Positions 50,263 through 59,816 of a DNA stretch of 64,000 bases are shown in pieces. Within the stretch, counting starts at the first letter, position 1; each line of letters begins with the position of its first letter. The translations under genes were made by a program, and so were the position numbers. This DNA is from Vulcanimicrobiota bacterium (GTDB lineage: Bacteria; Vulcanimicrobiota; Vulcanimicrobiia; Vulcanimicrobiales; Vulcanimicrobiaceae), in the NCBI GenBank assembly GCA_963795855.1, contig CAWCIZ010000003.1:128001-192000 (forward strand), in the 5' to 3' direction. The notes beneath the pieces were generated by a model. It saw only the letters and a list, made by a program, of their open reading frames with translations. It ran no database searches and had not been told where the DNA came from.

Positions 50263-50465
50263 TGAAAAACCGCATTCGCGTGCTGCGCGCGGAGCACGCG
50301 TGGTCTCAGGCGGAGGTCGCGGACCGGCTCGGCATCGCCAGGCAGACGGTGAATGCTCTCGAAACGGGCAAGTACGCGCCGAGCTTACCGCTCGCATTCA
50401 AAATTTCGAAGCTCTTCGGTCTGCCCGTCGAGCGCATTTTCGATCCCGCTTCCGGAGAGGAATAA
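50262..50465 (+). CDS. XRE-family helix-turn-helix regulator
   Basis: MKNRIRVLRAEHAWSQAEVADRLGIARQTVNALETGKYAPSLPLAFKISKLFGLPVERIF. Confidence 0.92.
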   Translation: MKNRIRVLRAEHAWSQAEVADRLGIARQTVNALETGKYAPSLPLAFKISKLFGLPVERIFDPASGEE

Positions 50466-50468
50466 TCG

Positions 50469-51407
50469 ATGAAAGGCTTGATGTTCGCGAGTTTGTTCGC
50501 AGTAGGCGCGCTTTGTTTCGGCGCGCCCGCGCAGGCGAAGCTTCCGCCGGCGCTTCCGCCGCCAACCTCCACGTTCAACCAGGGAACCCTCCGTGTCGAC
50601 GTTTACGGAACGCCGAACAAACAAGCCCTGATCTTCATTCCGGGCCTCACGTGCGGTCCGTGGGAATGGAGCGGCGAGATCGCACGGTTCTCGCCCAATT
50701 ACACGATCTATGCGCTCACGCTGCCGGGGTTCGATGGGCAGCCCGCGGTTGCGGGGCCGCTGTTCCCGAAGGTTACGTCCGATTTTTGGAATCTTCTGCA
50801 AGCGAAGAACATCACCAAACCGATCGTGATCGGTCACAGCCTCGGTGGAACGACCGCGATCATGCTGGCCGAACAGCATTCCGATCGGCTCGCCGGAATC
50901 GTTGCGGTCGACGGCCTGCCGATGCTTCCGGGCATAGAAACGATGACGCCCGCGCAACGCGAGCAATCGGCGGATCAGCTCGCGTCCATGATTGCTTCGG
51001 CGTCGACGCCGGCTGCATTCGAAGCCGCTGAAAAAGCGTACGTACTGCCATACATGATCACGGCGCCGCAAGACGTCGCAGCGGTTGCACCGCTCGTCGC
51101 GCGCAGCGATCCGAAAGCTTCCGCCGCGTGGATGAAGGAAGACATGCTACTGGATCTGCGTCCGCAGCTCACAGCGGCGACGGTCCCGGCGCTGGAAATC
51201 GCGCCTTTCGATCCGCAACTCGATCCGCATGCACCGGCTAAGTTCTCGACCGCCGCACAAAAGCAAGCGTACTACACCACGCTGCTCAAAGGCTATTCCG
51301 CCGCAAAAGTGCAGATCGTCCAGCCGTCACGCCACTTCATCATGTACGATCAGCCCGCCGCGCTCGATGCGGCCATTACCCAGTTCATACAGCAACTTCA
51401 CCCATAA
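50469..51407 (+). CDS. Secreted alpha/beta hydrolase
   Basis: Signal peptide, LIFIPGL, TLPGF, GHSLGG, SRHFIMYDQP. Confidence 0.88.
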   Translation: MKGLMFASLFAVGALCFGAPAQAKLPPALPPPTSTFNQGTLRVDVYGTPNKQALIFIPGLTCGPWEWSGEIARFSPNYTIYALTLPGFDGQPAVAGPLFPKVTSDFWNLLQAKNITKPIVIGHSLGGTTAIMLAEQHSDRLAGIVAVDGLPMLPGIETMTPAQREQSADQLASMIASASTPAAFEAAEKAYVLPYMITAPQDVAAVAPLVARSDPKASAAWMKEDMLLDLRPQLTAATVPALEIAPFDPQLDPHAPAKFSTAAQKQAYYTTLLKGYSAAKVQIVQPSRHFIMYDQPAALDAAITQFIQQLHP

Positions 51408-51419
51408 GTGCAAACCGCC

Positions 51420-51470
51420 GGCCTGAGAGCGGGTCCTAGGAGATGACACGCTCTCTCGCCGAAGCCCAAT
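51420..51470 (+). promoter_or_regulatory. Structured leader upstream of nadA (candidate cis-regulatory RNA)
   Basis: GAGAGCG (51425-51431) pairs with CGCTCTC (51449-51455), with outer GGC/GCC and inner GTC/GAC. No U-tract follows. Confidence 0.3.
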
Positions 51471-51477
51471 TTACTCC

Positions 51478-52476
51478 ATGAATTTGCTCGAAATACCCGA
51501 TACTCGGGACGCCGTCGCGCAAACCCGGGCCATTTTTGAACGCGTCGCTCACGTCATACCGGAAGTCGAGTGGCCGGTTCACGCTCCGTACGTCGCCGCA
51601 ATCAACCGGCTCAAGCGCGAGCGGAACGCAGTGATCCTCGCGCACAACTACCAAGTACCGGAGATCTTCCACACCGTCGCCGACATCGTTGGCGACTCGC
51701 TCGGCTTAGCAGTGGAAGCGGCGCAGACCGACGCCGACGTGATCGTCGTGTGCGGCGTGCACTTCATGGCGGAAACCGCTAAACTGGTCAATCCCGGGAA
51801 AACGGTTCTCGTTCCCGATTTACGCGCGGGCTGTTCGCTCGCGGACTCGATCACCGGCGCCGACGTGCGGCTGCTGCGCGAACGGTATCCCGGTGTGCCG
51901 GTCGTCACGTACGTGAATACGTCCGCGGAAGTCAAAGCCGAATCGGATATTTGCGTGACCAGCGGAAACGCCGTCAAAATCGTTGAGAGTCTGCGCGCGC
52001 AGCGGGTGCTGTTTTTGCCGGACGAGTACCTCGCGCAATACGTCGCATCGCAAACCGGCGTTGAAATCATCGCCTGGAAAGGCCACTGTGAGGTGCACGA
52101 ACGTTTCACCGGGGATCAGATTCGCGCGTACCGCGAGGGCGATCCGGGGCTGATCGTGCTCGCGCATCCGGAGTGTCCGCCGGACGTGCTTGCCGAAGCC
52201 GATTACGTCGGTTCGACCCAAGGGATGTCCTCGTACGTGCAGCGCGAGCGGCCTGCGCGGGTCGTCATGATTACGGAATGTTCCATGGCTTCAAACGTTT
52301 CGGCGAATTTCCCCGACGTCGAGTTCGTGCGGCCGTGCAATTTGTGCCCGCACATGAAACGCAATACGCTGCCCAAAGTGCTGCATTCGCTGCAAACGAT
52401 GCAGCACGAGGTGACGATCGATCCGGAAATCGCGCTGCGCGCTCGCACGGCCGTGGAGCGGATGATTCAAGACTTC
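51478..52476 (+). CDS. nadA: Quinolinate synthase NadA (reads in-frame into nadC in this sequence)
   Basis: [51 protein letters not shown]. Confidence 0.93.
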
Positions 52477-53337
52477 GTGACGTTCGAGAGGACGGGTGCG
52501 CCGCCGCGCCTGCTGGTCGAACCGATCGTGAGAAACGCGCTGCTGGAGGATATCGGCCGGGGCGGCGATCTTACGACCGACGCGATCGTTGCGCCGGAAG
52601 CGCGCGCCAAAGCGCGGATAGTTGCGAGAAAACCCGGTGTGATCTCCGGTCTGGATCCGGCGCGATTCGCTTTCGAGCTGCTCGATCCGCAGGCGCAGTT
52701 TCTCATCACCATAGCCGACGGCGAACGCGCACGGGCAGGTCAAGCCGTAGCGGAGATCTCGTGCACGGCGCGAGCGCTGCTCACCGCCGAACGAACCGCG
52801 CTCAATTTCCTTTGCCGCCTGAGCGGTATCGCGACGGCGACTCGCGGATTGGTGGATGCGGTCGCCGGCTATCCGACGCAGATCGTGTGCACGCGAAAGA
52901 CGACACCGGGACTGCGCGTGCTTGAAAAATACGCCGTGCGCTGCGGCGGCGGGAGCAACCACCGTTTCGGGCTCGACGACGCCGTCCTCGTCAAAGACAA
53001 TCATTTAGCGCTTGCCGGATCGATTCGCGCCGCAGTCGAGCGCGTTCGATCGCGAGTCGGCCACATGGTGAAGGTCGAGGTGGAGGTAGATACACTCGAG
53101 CAGCTGCGCGAAGCGCTCGAGACGCCTATCGATGCGGTACTGCTCGACAACATGAACCCCGAGCAGTTAGCCCAAGCGGTGCATCTGGTGAACGGGCGCG
53201 TGCTTACCGAAGCATCCGGCACCATTACCGCAGAGCGCATCGTCGCCGTCGCGCAAAGCGGCGTGGATCTGGTCTCTTCCGGCTGGATTACCCATAGCGC
53301 GCCGACGCTGGATTTGGGTCTCGACGTAGAACTGTAG
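52477..53337 (+). CDS. nadC: Nicotinate-nucleotide pyrophosphorylase (QPRTase) NadC
   Basis: [57 protein letters not shown]. Confidence 0.93.
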   Translation: MTFERTGAPPRLLVEPIVRNALLEDIGRGGDLTTDAIVAPEARAKARIVARKPGVISGLDPARFAFELLDPQAQFLITIADGERARAGQAVAEISCTARALLTAERTALNFLCRLSGIATATRGLVDAVAGYPTQIVCTRKTTPGLRVLEKYAVRCGGGSNHRFGLDDAVLVKDNHLALAGSIRAAVERVRSRVGHMVKVEVEVDTLEQLREALETPIDAVLLDNMNPEQLAQAVHLVNGRVLTEASGTITAERIVAVAQSGVDLVSSGWITHSAPTLDLGLDVEL

Positions 53338-53341
53338 GGTC

Positions 53342-54739
53342 ATGGATACGCGCAAAGCCGAACCCCAAACCCCGGCAAAAACCAATTACGATAGCGCTGC
53401 CCCCGAAGCGCTCGTCGAGTTCATGTCCACCGGCTGGCTGGACACGCCGATGAGCGTCTCGGCCGAGCCGCACCGCGACGACCACGCCGAGCACCGCCGC
53501 AGGCTCTCGCAGGCGTACCCCGGCGTTTATCTGGTCATTCCGGCCGGCGAAGAAAAGGTGCGAGCCAACGACACGAATTTCCGGTTCCGGCCGTCGAGCG
53601 ATTTCGCGTATCTAGTTGGCCCGGGGGAGTCCGGCGCGCTGCTGGTGCTCGAGCCGCGTGAAGGCGGCGGCCACGATTCGCTGCTGTTCGTTCCGCCGCA
53701 CAATCGCGGAACGTCCGAGTTCTTTACCGACCGCGTCTACGGAGAGCTGTGGGTCGGCCGGCATCGCGGAGTCGACGAGAGCCAGTTGTATTACGGCGTC
53801 GATCGCTGCCGCCCGATTCAGGAGATTTCGGCATACCTCGACGATCTGCGCATCCGCCGCTGCGACGTGCGCAACCTGGACGAGGACCCGGAGCTGGCGA
53901 CGCGTGTAAGCGAGATGCGTCTCATCAACGACGAATACGAAACGGCCGAACTGCGCAAATGCTGCGAAATCACCAAGCGCGCGTTCGAAGACGTGATTCG
54001 CATTCTGCCGCACGCAAAATCGGAACGTGAGATCGAAGCCGCATTTTGGAGCCGCGCGCGCATAGAAGCCAACGACGTCGGCTATTTGACGATCGCGGCG
54101 GCCGGTCAGCATGCGTGCACGCTGCACTGGAGTCACAACAGCGGCGCGGTACGCAGCGGCGACCTGTTACTGCTCGACGCGGGCGTGGAAGTCGATTCAC
54201 TCTACACCGCCGACGTCACGCGAACGCTTCCTATCTCGGGGAAGTTCACCGCAGAGCAGCGCGAGGTCTACGAACTCGTGTACGAAGCGCAAAAAGCGGC
54301 CTTCGCCCAAGTCAAGCCCGGCAGCGACTTTCTCGATCCGAATCGCGCGGCGATGCAGGTTTTAGCGCAGGGACTAATCGACCTCGGAATACTCACGTGT
54401 TCGCTGGACGAAGCGCTCGATCCGCAGAAGATGTATTACAAACGCTACACGCTGCACAACGTCAGCCATATGCTCGGCCTGGACGTGCACGACTGTGCCA
54501 AGGCGCGCGAGGAAAATTACCGCTACGGAAAACTTCAGGCGGGCATGTCGCTCACGGTCGAGCCCGGCCTGTACTTCCAGCCGGATGACGGCACCGTTCC
54601 CGAGCGTTTCCGCGGCATAGGCGTCCGTATAGAAGACGATGTCGTCGTGACCGCCGGCGGCCACGAAAATCTCTCCGCCATTCTTCCGTCGGCTCCGGAC
54701 GCAGTCGAAGCGTGGATATCAAGCCTACAGACGCGCTGA
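53342..54739 (+). CDS. pepP: Xaa-Pro aminopeptidase (M24B)
   Basis: LLLDAGVE..YTADVTRT, SHMLGLDVHD, TVEPGLYF, GVRIEDD. Confidence 0.9.
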   Translation: MDTRKAEPQTPAKTNYDSAAPEALVEFMSTGWLDTPMSVSAEPHRDDHAEHRRRLSQAYPGVYLVIPAGEEKVRANDTNFRFRPSSDFAYLVGPGESGALLVLEPREGGGHDSLLFVPPHNRGTSEFFTDRVYGELWVGRHRGVDESQLYYGVDRCRPIQEISAYLDDLRIRRCDVRNLDEDPELATRVSEMRLINDEYETAELRKCCEITKRAFEDVIRILPHAKSEREIEAAFWSRARIEANDVGYLTIAAAGQHACTLHWSHNSGAVRSGDLLLLDAGVEVDSLYTADVTRTLPISGKFTAEQREVYELVYEAQKAAFAQVKPGSDFLDPNRAAMQVLAQGLIDLGILTCSLDEALDPQKMYYKRYTLHNVSHMLGLDVHDCAKAREENYRYGKLQAGMSLTVEPGLYFQPDDGTVPERFRGIGVRIEDDVVVTAGGHENLSAILPSAPDAVEAWISSLQTR

Positions 54740-55284
54740 TCGTCGTCGACGCGCAAAACGATTTTCTGCCCGGCGGCGCGTTGCCGGTCGCGGAGGGAAA
54801 CCGCATCTTCGCTCCCATCAACGCGATCGCGGCGATGTTTCCGTACGTCGTCGCGACGCGAGACTGGCATCCGCGCGTTCATCCGCATTTCGAAGAACAC
54901 GGCGGACGCTGGCCGTATCATTGCATTCAGGACACGCCGGGCGCGCAGCTTTCACCGAAACTCGACACGAGCAACATCGACGAACTGCTCAGCAAAGGCA
55001 TGCATCCGCATTCCGACGGCTACAGTGCGTTCGATGCGACCGATTTGGACGAACGTCTGCACGCGCGCAACGTGAAACGCGTTTTCGTTTGCGGACTCGC
55101 GACCGATTATTGCGTGAAAGCAACGGCGCTGGAAGCGGCCGATCACGGATTCGAAACGATCGTCTTGACCGACGCCGTTGCGCCGGTGAACCTGAAGTGC
55201 ACGGACGAGGCCGACGCGCTGCGCGAAATGGCTTCGAACGGCATCCGCTTCGCGACCACCGAGCAACTCGCCACGCACGCATGA
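54712..55284 (+). CDS. pncA: Nicotinamidase/pyrazinamidase
   Basis: VVDAQNDFLPGGAL, TRDWHP, WPYHC, SKG..YSAF, GLATDYCV. Confidence 0.9.
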   Translation: MDIKPTDALIVVDAQNDFLPGGALPVAEGNRIFAPINAIAAMFPYVVATRDWHPRVHPHFEEHGGRWPYHCIQDTPGAQLSPKLDTSNIDELLSKGMHPHSDGYSAFDATDLDERLHARNVKRVFVCGLATDYCVKATALEAADHGFETIVLTDAVAPVNLKCTDEADALREMASNGIRFATTEQLATHA

Positions 55285-56834
55285 GCGCGAGCGAACCCGT
55301 TTACCGCGATCAAGTTCTCGAAGTAGAACCGACCGGAATCGAGTTCGTGCGTGCCGAGCAGCGTCACGGATCGCCGCGCCAATTGTTCGGTCTCTGGTTC
55401 GCCGCGAACGCGGAAATCGCGACGTGGATGGTCGGCGTATTCGCCGTCGCGCTCTATGGAACGACACTGCCGGGAGCGGCCTTCGGTCTCGTCGCCGGCA
55501 ATCTGCTGGGCTTTGCGCTGCTGGGCGTGCTCGCAACGTTCGGTCCGCGCTACGGCGTGCCGCAGATGGTGGCATCGCGTCTTGCGTTTGGGCGCTACGG
55601 CAATGCATTTCCGGCCGCGCTCAGTTTTCTGGCCGGCGTCGGCTGGTTCGCAATCAATACGGTTTTTGGTGCGTACGCGCTCCAGACCATCACGCGGCTC
55701 CCTTACGGTTTGGCGCTCGCGCTGATGCTGCTCGCGCAGATCGTGCTCGCCGTCTACGGGTATAATTTGATTCATCTGTTCGAACGCGCCAGCGCGGTAT
55801 TACTCGCCGCGGGATTCGCCCTTTTAGGCGTCATCACGTTCTCACGCGCGGATTGGCACGCGGCGTTCAATGCGCACGCGCCGGCGTCCGCAGGCGGCGA
55901 AGCCGGCGGCATCATTCTCGCGACGGCGCTCGGTTTTTCGTATGCGACCGGTTGGGTGCCGTGCGCGTCGGATTACTCACGCTATCTGCCGCATTCGACG
56001 AGTTCGCAACGCGTCTGGCTCTACTCGTTCCTCGGCTGCGTCGTGCCGTGCATCGTGCTCGAGATTATGGGCGCCGCGACGGTAACGGCGGTTCGCGGCG
56101 TCAATCTCACCGCGGCGAGCCCGACGCAAGCGATTGCGTCGCTGCTGGGGTCGGGACCGGTTGCAACGGTGGTGCTGCTTACCGTCGTGCTCGGCACGCT
56201 GACCGCGAACTGCATGAATCTCTACTCCGGCGCGATGGCGGCGCTCGTCGTCAAGTTTCCGTCGCAGTCGTGGCGCGCTCCGCTGCTTACCGCCGCCATC
56301 TTCGGCGCGCTTACGGCGGCCCTGTTCAGACGTGCGGGCATTCCGGCTCCGATCGTGCTCGCATTTGCGGTAGGCGTAGCGCTCGTTGTGCTGTTCGTCG
56401 CACGCTATCGTTTGCGGCGCTGGCGGGCGGCGATAGTCGTCGGCGTGCTCGGCGCGCTTCTCGCTTCGGGCGGCGGCCATCCGGACCAAACGGCGCAGTT
56501 GTACACGAACTTCTTACTGCTGCTTTCCTATTGGGCGTCACCGTGGGCCGCGGTCGTATTCGTCGATTGGTTGAAGCGCCGCAACCGCGAAACCGATCCC
56601 GGCGCATTCGAAGCCGGCGCGCGCGTGCGCATCGGCGCCTATGCGTGGATCGCGGGCCTCGCCGCGTCGCTGCCGTTTTGGAATCAGCAGTGGTATACCG
56701 GCCCCTTTGCCGGGGCGTTTCCGCAATTCGGCGACCTTTCGTATTACGTCGGTTTTGCGGTTGCCGCGGCCGTCGCCGCGATGGGAAAGCGGGAAACAGC
56801 GGTGTTTGCGGCGAGTAGTACGCCATCGTGCTGA
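55281..56834 (+). CDS. NCS1-family purine/cytosine permease
   Basis: VEPTGIE, LWFAAN, PQMVASRLAFG, GVGWFAIN, SDYSRY, NLYSG, GDLS. Confidence 0.88.
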   Translation: MSASEPVYRDQVLEVEPTGIEFVRAEQRHGSPRQLFGLWFAANAEIATWMVGVFAVALYGTTLPGAAFGLVAGNLLGFALLGVLATFGPRYGVPQMVASRLAFGRYGNAFPAALSFLAGVGWFAINTVFGAYALQTITRLPYGLALALMLLAQIVLAVYGYNLIHLFERASAVLLAAGFALLGVITFSRADWHAAFNAHAPASAGGEAGGIILATALGFSYATGWVPCASDYSRYLPHSTSSQRVWLYSFLGCVVPCIVLEIMGAATVTAVRGVNLTAASPTQAIASLLGSGPVATVVLLTVVLGTLTANCMNLYSGAMAALVVKFPSQSWRAPLLTAAIFGALTAALFRRAGIPAPIVLAFAVGVALVVLFVARYRLRRWRAAIVVGVLGALLASGGGHPDQTAQLYTNFLLLLSYWASPWAAVVFVDWLKRRNRETDPGAFEAGARVRIGAYAWIAGLAASLPFWNQQWYTGPFAGAFPQFGDLSYYVGFAVAAAVAAMGKRETAVFAASSTPSC

Positions 56835-57721
56835 AGGTTGAACGCGTCCGAAAGGAGTTCGGTGCGGTCCAGGCGGTTCGCGAAGTATCGTTTACCATCG
56901 CGAGCGGTTCGACGTTCGGTCTGCTCGGGCCGAACGGCGCCGGAAAAACGACGACGATGCGCATGATCGTCGGGATTTATCCACTCGACGGCGGCTCCAT
57001 CACGTGGAACGATCGCCAAATCGACGACCGCATGCGCCGCCGCTTCGGCTATCTCCCCGAGGAGCGCGGCCTGTACGGCAAGATGCGCGTGCGCGAGCAG
57101 ATCATGTATTTCGGCCGTCTTCACGGGCTGCACGACCCCGAGATCGCACAGCGCGCGGACGCGTGGATTGCGCAACTCGGGCTGAACGAATACGCCGGCC
57201 GTCCATGCGGCGAACTCTCCAAAGGCAATCAGCAAAAGGTACAAGTCGCCTGCGCCGCGGTGCACGACCCGGAACTGCTCATTCTCGACGAGCCGTTCTC
57301 CGGGCTCGATCCGGTCAACGCCGACGTGCTGCTGAATACGCTTACCGATTTGAAGAAGCGAGGCACGACGCTCGTGCTGTCGAGCCATCAGATGTGGCAA
57401 CTGGAGCTGCTATGCGATGAATTCTGCATCATAACCGGCGGCGCAAACCGCGCTTCCGGAACGCTGCAGCAACTGCGCGCGTCTTGGCCGACGCGGACTA
57501 TTAAAGTCGAGCCGGTTACCGAGGCCTTGCGCGCAGTCTTGGATCGCATTCCGCAGGCACGCGCCGTGCACGGCAACGGCGCATTGTACTACGAGGTGCC
57601 GGCCGCATCGGACTACCCGGCCATCCTCCGGCAACTCGTCTCCGCCGACGCGGTAACGCGCTTCGATGCGCTCGAACCGTCACTGCAAGATATCTACATC
57701 CGCACGATCGAACAGCCATGA
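56828..57721 (+). CDS. ABC-2 transporter ATP-binding protein
   Basis: GPNGAGKTT, GYLPEERGLY, LSKGNQQK, ILDEPFSGLDP. Confidence 0.92.
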   Translation: MLKVERVRKEFGAVQAVREVSFTIASGSTFGLLGPNGAGKTTTMRMIVGIYPLDGGSITWNDRQIDDRMRRRFGYLPEERGLYGKMRVREQIMYFGRLHGLHDPEIAQRADAWIAQLGLNEYAGRPCGELSKGNQQKVQVACAAVHDPELLILDEPFSGLDPVNADVLLNTLTDLKKRGTTLVLSSHQMWQLELLCDEFCIITGGANRASGTLQQLRASWPTRTIKVEPVTEALRAVLDRIPQARAVHGNGALYYEVPAASDYPAILRQLVSADAVTRFDALEPSLQDIYIRTIEQP

Positions 57722-58942
57722 ACGACTTGATTACCGTCTATTCCGCCGAGATCATGCGCCGGCTGCGTTCTCGAACGTTTTGGATCGGGCTCGTGTTCGG
57801 CGTCGTCGGCATTGCGGCGATGATGGAACTGCCGAAATACTTTGAATCGTACGCCGCCCAGGGAAAGCATATTCTGCTCGCGGGGCAATCGCCGTTGGTT
57901 GCCGCAGCGCGCCCGCTTGTCGCAAAAGACTTCACGGTCATGGGAGAACGCGCGTCCACTTCCGCACCGACGACGGAAGAATTGAAAGCAAGGAACGCTT
58001 CGGCGGTCGTCGCGCTGACGTCCGATCTGCACGGCGTGCACGCGGTCGTCTACGCGAAAGATCCGAGCACGGTTTCCGTCTCGGAGCTGCGCCGCGATCT
58101 CGCGCCCTTGAACTTGCAGCTCGTCGCGCACCTGCCGTCCGCGCAGCTCTGCAAAAATGATGCAGGTTCCGGTTCAAACGCATTCGATTGCCTCGAAGTT
58201 CGGCACCGCCGCCCAAGCCGACGCGGCAAAGGTCATCGCCTACGTTCTGCTGCTGTTGCTGTACATCTTGATCATGGTGAACAGTCAGTTGATCATGAGT
58301 TCGGTAGCGGAAGAAAAGACCAGCCGCATCGCCGAGCTGCTCGTCGCCTCCGTAAATCCAAGCGCGCTGCTCGCGGGCAAAATCGCTTCATCCGCAACGC
58401 TCGCAATCGCGCAGATGATCATCTGGGTCGTTCTCGCGTACGCCTTGGGCTCGCAGGGAGCACCGGCAACAGCGGGCGCCGGCGGCGATAGCGCAGACGT
58501 CAACGGGTTTTCGCTCAACGGGATTTCGTCCGTCGACGTCGCGGGGTTCGTCGTGTTCTTTCTGCTGGGATTTCTTCAGACGGCGACGCTCTTCGCCGCC
58601 GTCGGCTCGCTCATCAACCGCACCGAAGATCTGGGCAGCGTGAGCGGCCCGTTGTTTCTTCCGGTGGTTGCAGCGTTCATCATTGCGATATCTGCGCTCG
58701 CCGTACCGGACAGCCCGGCGGTCGTGGTGACGAGTTTCGTACCGCTCATCGCGCCGTTCGTCATGTTCGCGCGCATCGTGGTTAGCAGCGTGCCCGCCTG
58801 GCAAGTTGCGACCTCGCTCGCGATCAACCTGGCAGCGATCGTTGCCATTGCGGTGATGGGCGGCCGCATTTATCGGGTAGGCATGCTCCTGTACGGACGC
58901 GCGCCGCGGCTGAGCCAAATTTGGGCGGCGATTAGATCGTAA
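57718..58942 (+). CDS. ABC-2 transporter permease (frameshift near 58150)
   Basis: N-terminal TM, SVAEEKTSRIAELL...LLAGKI, C-terminal RIYRVGMLLYG. ORFs 57718..58491 and 58157..58942. Confidence 0.88.
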
Positions 58943-58949
58943 AGCCCGA

Positions 58950-59780
58950 CTATCTCTTCAGGCGCGCCAACTGCGAGGCGTGAATATACCGCGCGATTTC
59001 CTGACGCGCCAGCGGATTCAGATCGAAAAGCGAAACCTCGTACGCATCGCGACGTCTGGAATCTTTGCAGCGGTCCATAATGCGGCCCGAGAGTTGTATG
59101 TCTTGGAACGGCTGGCGCAACAGTTTGCGCGGGACTTGGCGCGCGCCCATCGGAACCGTCACGAGTTCGTCGTCCCGGCCCTTGTGAACGTTGAGCACGA
59201 CGTCGGGCAAACGCGCCGCAATGTGAATGACCTCGTTGGGCCTGATCGTTTCCGCGCACCAAAATCGCAGCGCGTTTCCCGTCATATCGCACGCGCGGCC
59301 GATGCCGAACGTCCGGGGGTTGTCGATGCGATACGTCACCTTGACATCGTCGGGCACGCGATAGTTCATGAACTGCGAGATGTCGATCAGCGCGGTGTCG
59401 TAACTGCGCGCCGCCGCGGAACGCACGAGCTGCTCCGCCTCTTTGGATAGCAGACGCGCTTCGTCTTCGGGCATCGCTTCGAGCGCGACGGCATATTCAT
59501 AGCCGCGCGCCGGATCGCGTAAATCGTAACGCGCCGCCACCACGCCGGCGATGTTCAGCAGTCGTCCGTCCGAAAGACGCCATTCAAAGGAAAGGGCGGT
59601 TCCGCGTTCCATCCGCACGGAATTGGAAATGCGGCAGCCGGAGATCGCGATGTGCAAAAGCGTCGCGGGAATCGGTTGGGCTTCACCGCGCACTCGCATC
59701 CGTATCGGAACGTCGAACGTGTGCTTGACGTCCTGGAGCGCGGGAGAGGGGCCGGGGGCATCCATGCCTTGTGTAGCCAT
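58950..59780 (-). CDS. Protein with two degenerate PilZ-like domains
   Basis: ATLLHIAISGCRI and GRACDMTGNALRF resemble the D/NxSxxG strand. C-terminal ARQEIARYI helix. Confidence 0.55.
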   Translation of the reverse strand: MATQGMDAPGPSPALQDVKHTFDVPIRMRVRGEAQPIPATLLHIAISGCRISNSVRMERGTALSFEWRLSDGRLLNIAGVVAARYDLRDPARGYEYAVALEAMPEDEARLLSKEAEQLVRSAAARSYDTALIDISQFMNYRVPDDVKVTYRIDNPRTFGIGRACDMTGNALRFWCAETIRPNEVIHIAARLPDVVLNVHKGRDDELVTVPMGARQVPRKLLRQPFQDIQLSGRIMDRCKDSRRRDAYEVSLFDLNPLARQEIARYIHASQLARLKR

Positions 59781-59816
59781 ATACCTACCTAGCGTACTAC
59801 AGCTCGCTTGCTTTTT

